Below are positions 63,152 to 64,000 of a stretch of 64,000 bases of DNA, one piece after another (positions within the stretch are counted from its first letter, which is position 1; every line of letters starts with the position of its first letter). Origin of the DNA: Alphaproteobacteria bacterium (lineage in GTDB: Bacteria > Pseudomonadota > Alphaproteobacteria > VGEJ01); the NCBI GenBank assembly GCA_965248765.1, contig CBDFKF010000003.1:457484-521483 (forward strand), in the 5' to 3' direction. The position numbers and the translations under genes are program-made. The notes under the pieces were generated by a model, which saw nothing but the letters and a program-made list of their open reading frames with translations, was not told where the DNA came from and made no database searches.

Positions 63152-63397
63152 TCAGGCCGTGTAGGGGCAGTCCTGGCGGCCGCACGATTCGGGCTCGGCC
63201 GAGGCAAAATAGGTATGGCAGACCGCGCATTGGCGCATGTCCTCGACGCCGCCCTTGCTAGCACCTTTCGCGTCCTTGGCGGCGGCGTCGCGGCCCGGAT
63301 CGAGCATCGCGGCGCGGCGCTGGAACAGCTTGAAGCCGAACCACACCGCCCCGACGATCAGGCCGAGGAGGATGAATTTGCCGAGGCCGCCGGACAT
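63152..63397 (-). CDS. small hypothetical protein: N-terminal TM helix plus C-terminal Cys cluster (CAVCH...C...C)
   Basis: 81 codons; ends 13 nt before glyQ start, same strand. Confidence 0.4.
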   Translation of the reverse strand: MSGGLGKFILLGLIVGAVWFGFKLFQRRAAMLDPGRDAAAKDAKGASKGGVEDMRQCAVCHTYFASAEPESCGRQDCPYTA

Positions 63398-63450
63398 GTG
63401 CCCAGGTTTAGAAGCCGGGAGCGGCTCCGGTCAAGCCATCCGCCCGCGTT

Positions 63451-64000
63451 TCACAGTCCGAAACGGCTCCAATGTTCGCGCGCCTCCACGGCCTCGATCA
63501 GCTCCTCCGCCCAGCCCGGACCGGCGGCGGCAAACGGCCAGCGCAGCCGCCGGCCGAGCCAGCCGCGGCGATCGGCGATCACTTTTAGCTGGACCTTGTC
63601 GCCGTAGCGCTCACGCATGACCGAGCGCAGATCGCCGATCCCGTCGATCAGCCCGAGCTTGAGCGCCTGCCCCCCGGTCCAGAACTCGCCGGAGAACAAC
63701 TTACGAGCGCCGCCCTTGAGACGATCGCCACGGCGCTCGCGGACATGGGCCTTGAAGCTTTCGTGGATTTCCTTTTGCAGCGCGTTGAGCCGGGTCACGT
63801 CCTCGGGCTTCTCGGGCGCGAACGGGTCGAGCATGGCTTTCTTGTCGCCGCGGGTGTGCATCCGGCGCTCGATGCCAGCCTTTTCCAGCAGGGCCTGGAA
63901 GCCAAAACCGGCGTAGACCACGCCAATCGAGCCGATGATCGAGCTCTCATCGGCAAAGATCTCATCACCCGCGCAGGCGAGCCAGTAGCCGCCCGAGGCA
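63451..64000 (-). CDS. signal peptide peptidase SppA-like (S49 family), C-terminal part; 5' end beyond window
   Basis: ...IGLVYAGFGFQALLEKAGIERRMHTRGDKKAMLDPF...EFWTGGQALKLGLIDGIGDL... S49 protease conserved region. Confidence 0.7.
   Translation of the reverse strand, partial: ASGGYWLACAGDEIFADESSIIGSIGVVYAGFGFQALLEKAGIERRMHTRGDKKAMLDPFAPEKPEDVTRLNALQKEIHESFKAHVRERRGDRLKGGARKLFSGEFWTGGQALKLGLIDGIGDLRSVMRERYGDKVQLKVIADRRGWLGRRLRWPFAAAGPGWAEELIEAVEAREHWSRFGL

Overview
This 64 kb window is a high-GC, alphaproteobacterial-looking chromosomal segment. Most of it is recognisable core genes, with several small accessory or decaying patches embedded. I found no tRNA, rRNA or CRISPR.

Core blocks:
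- the 3' end of a TPP-dependent dehydrogenase E1-alpha gene;
- an HpcH-type aldolase;
- a co-oriented nudL / small membrane protein / cca / GDSL-hydrolase run;
- a complete atpH-atpA-atpG-atpD-atpC operon;
- sua5;
- xseB-ispA-dxs-tlyA;
- aroC, fabI, ppdK, glyQ-glyS;
- the start of an sppA-like protease gene.

Accessory, unusual or decaying content:
1. A scar between two paralogous GDSL hydrolase genes, where the tail of an IS256-family transposase abuts the tail of a Crp/Fnr regulator.
2. An intact ISNCY-type insertion sequence (21074-22470) flanked by a 16-17 bp direct repeat. It sits between the 3' end of the atp operon and a ferritin-like gene.
3. Two genes closed by in-frame TAG codons: a LysR regulator, and a class III adenylate cyclase paralog that also carries a frameshift in a homopolymer run. 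An intact cyclase paralog lies about 12 kb away.
4. A conserved but functionally obscure DUF1285 / MoxR AAA+ / DUF58 / two giant membrane proteins cluster.
5. A roughly 660 bp AT-richer non-coding stretch leading into a small lysine-rich ORF with atypical codon usage, followed by twin hairpins.
6. A stand-alone short flagellin gene.
7. A proline-racemase-superfamily gene whose second catalytic Cys is replaced by Gly.
8. A putative lactone/lipid catabolic cluster: acyl-CoA dehydrogenase, PG-binding protein, MBL hydrolase, SDR, acyl-CoA ligase.
9. An RND efflux pair with no adjacent outer-membrane factor gene.
10. An ECF sigma factor with a Cys-rich C-terminal extension, flanked by DUF3830 and ABM-domain genes and lacking a recognisable anti-sigma partner.

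Gene-family calls come from reading the supplied translations for conserved motifs. No database search was possible, so family names are recognition-based and boundaries are approximate. The most novel-looking items are 4, 5 and 10.
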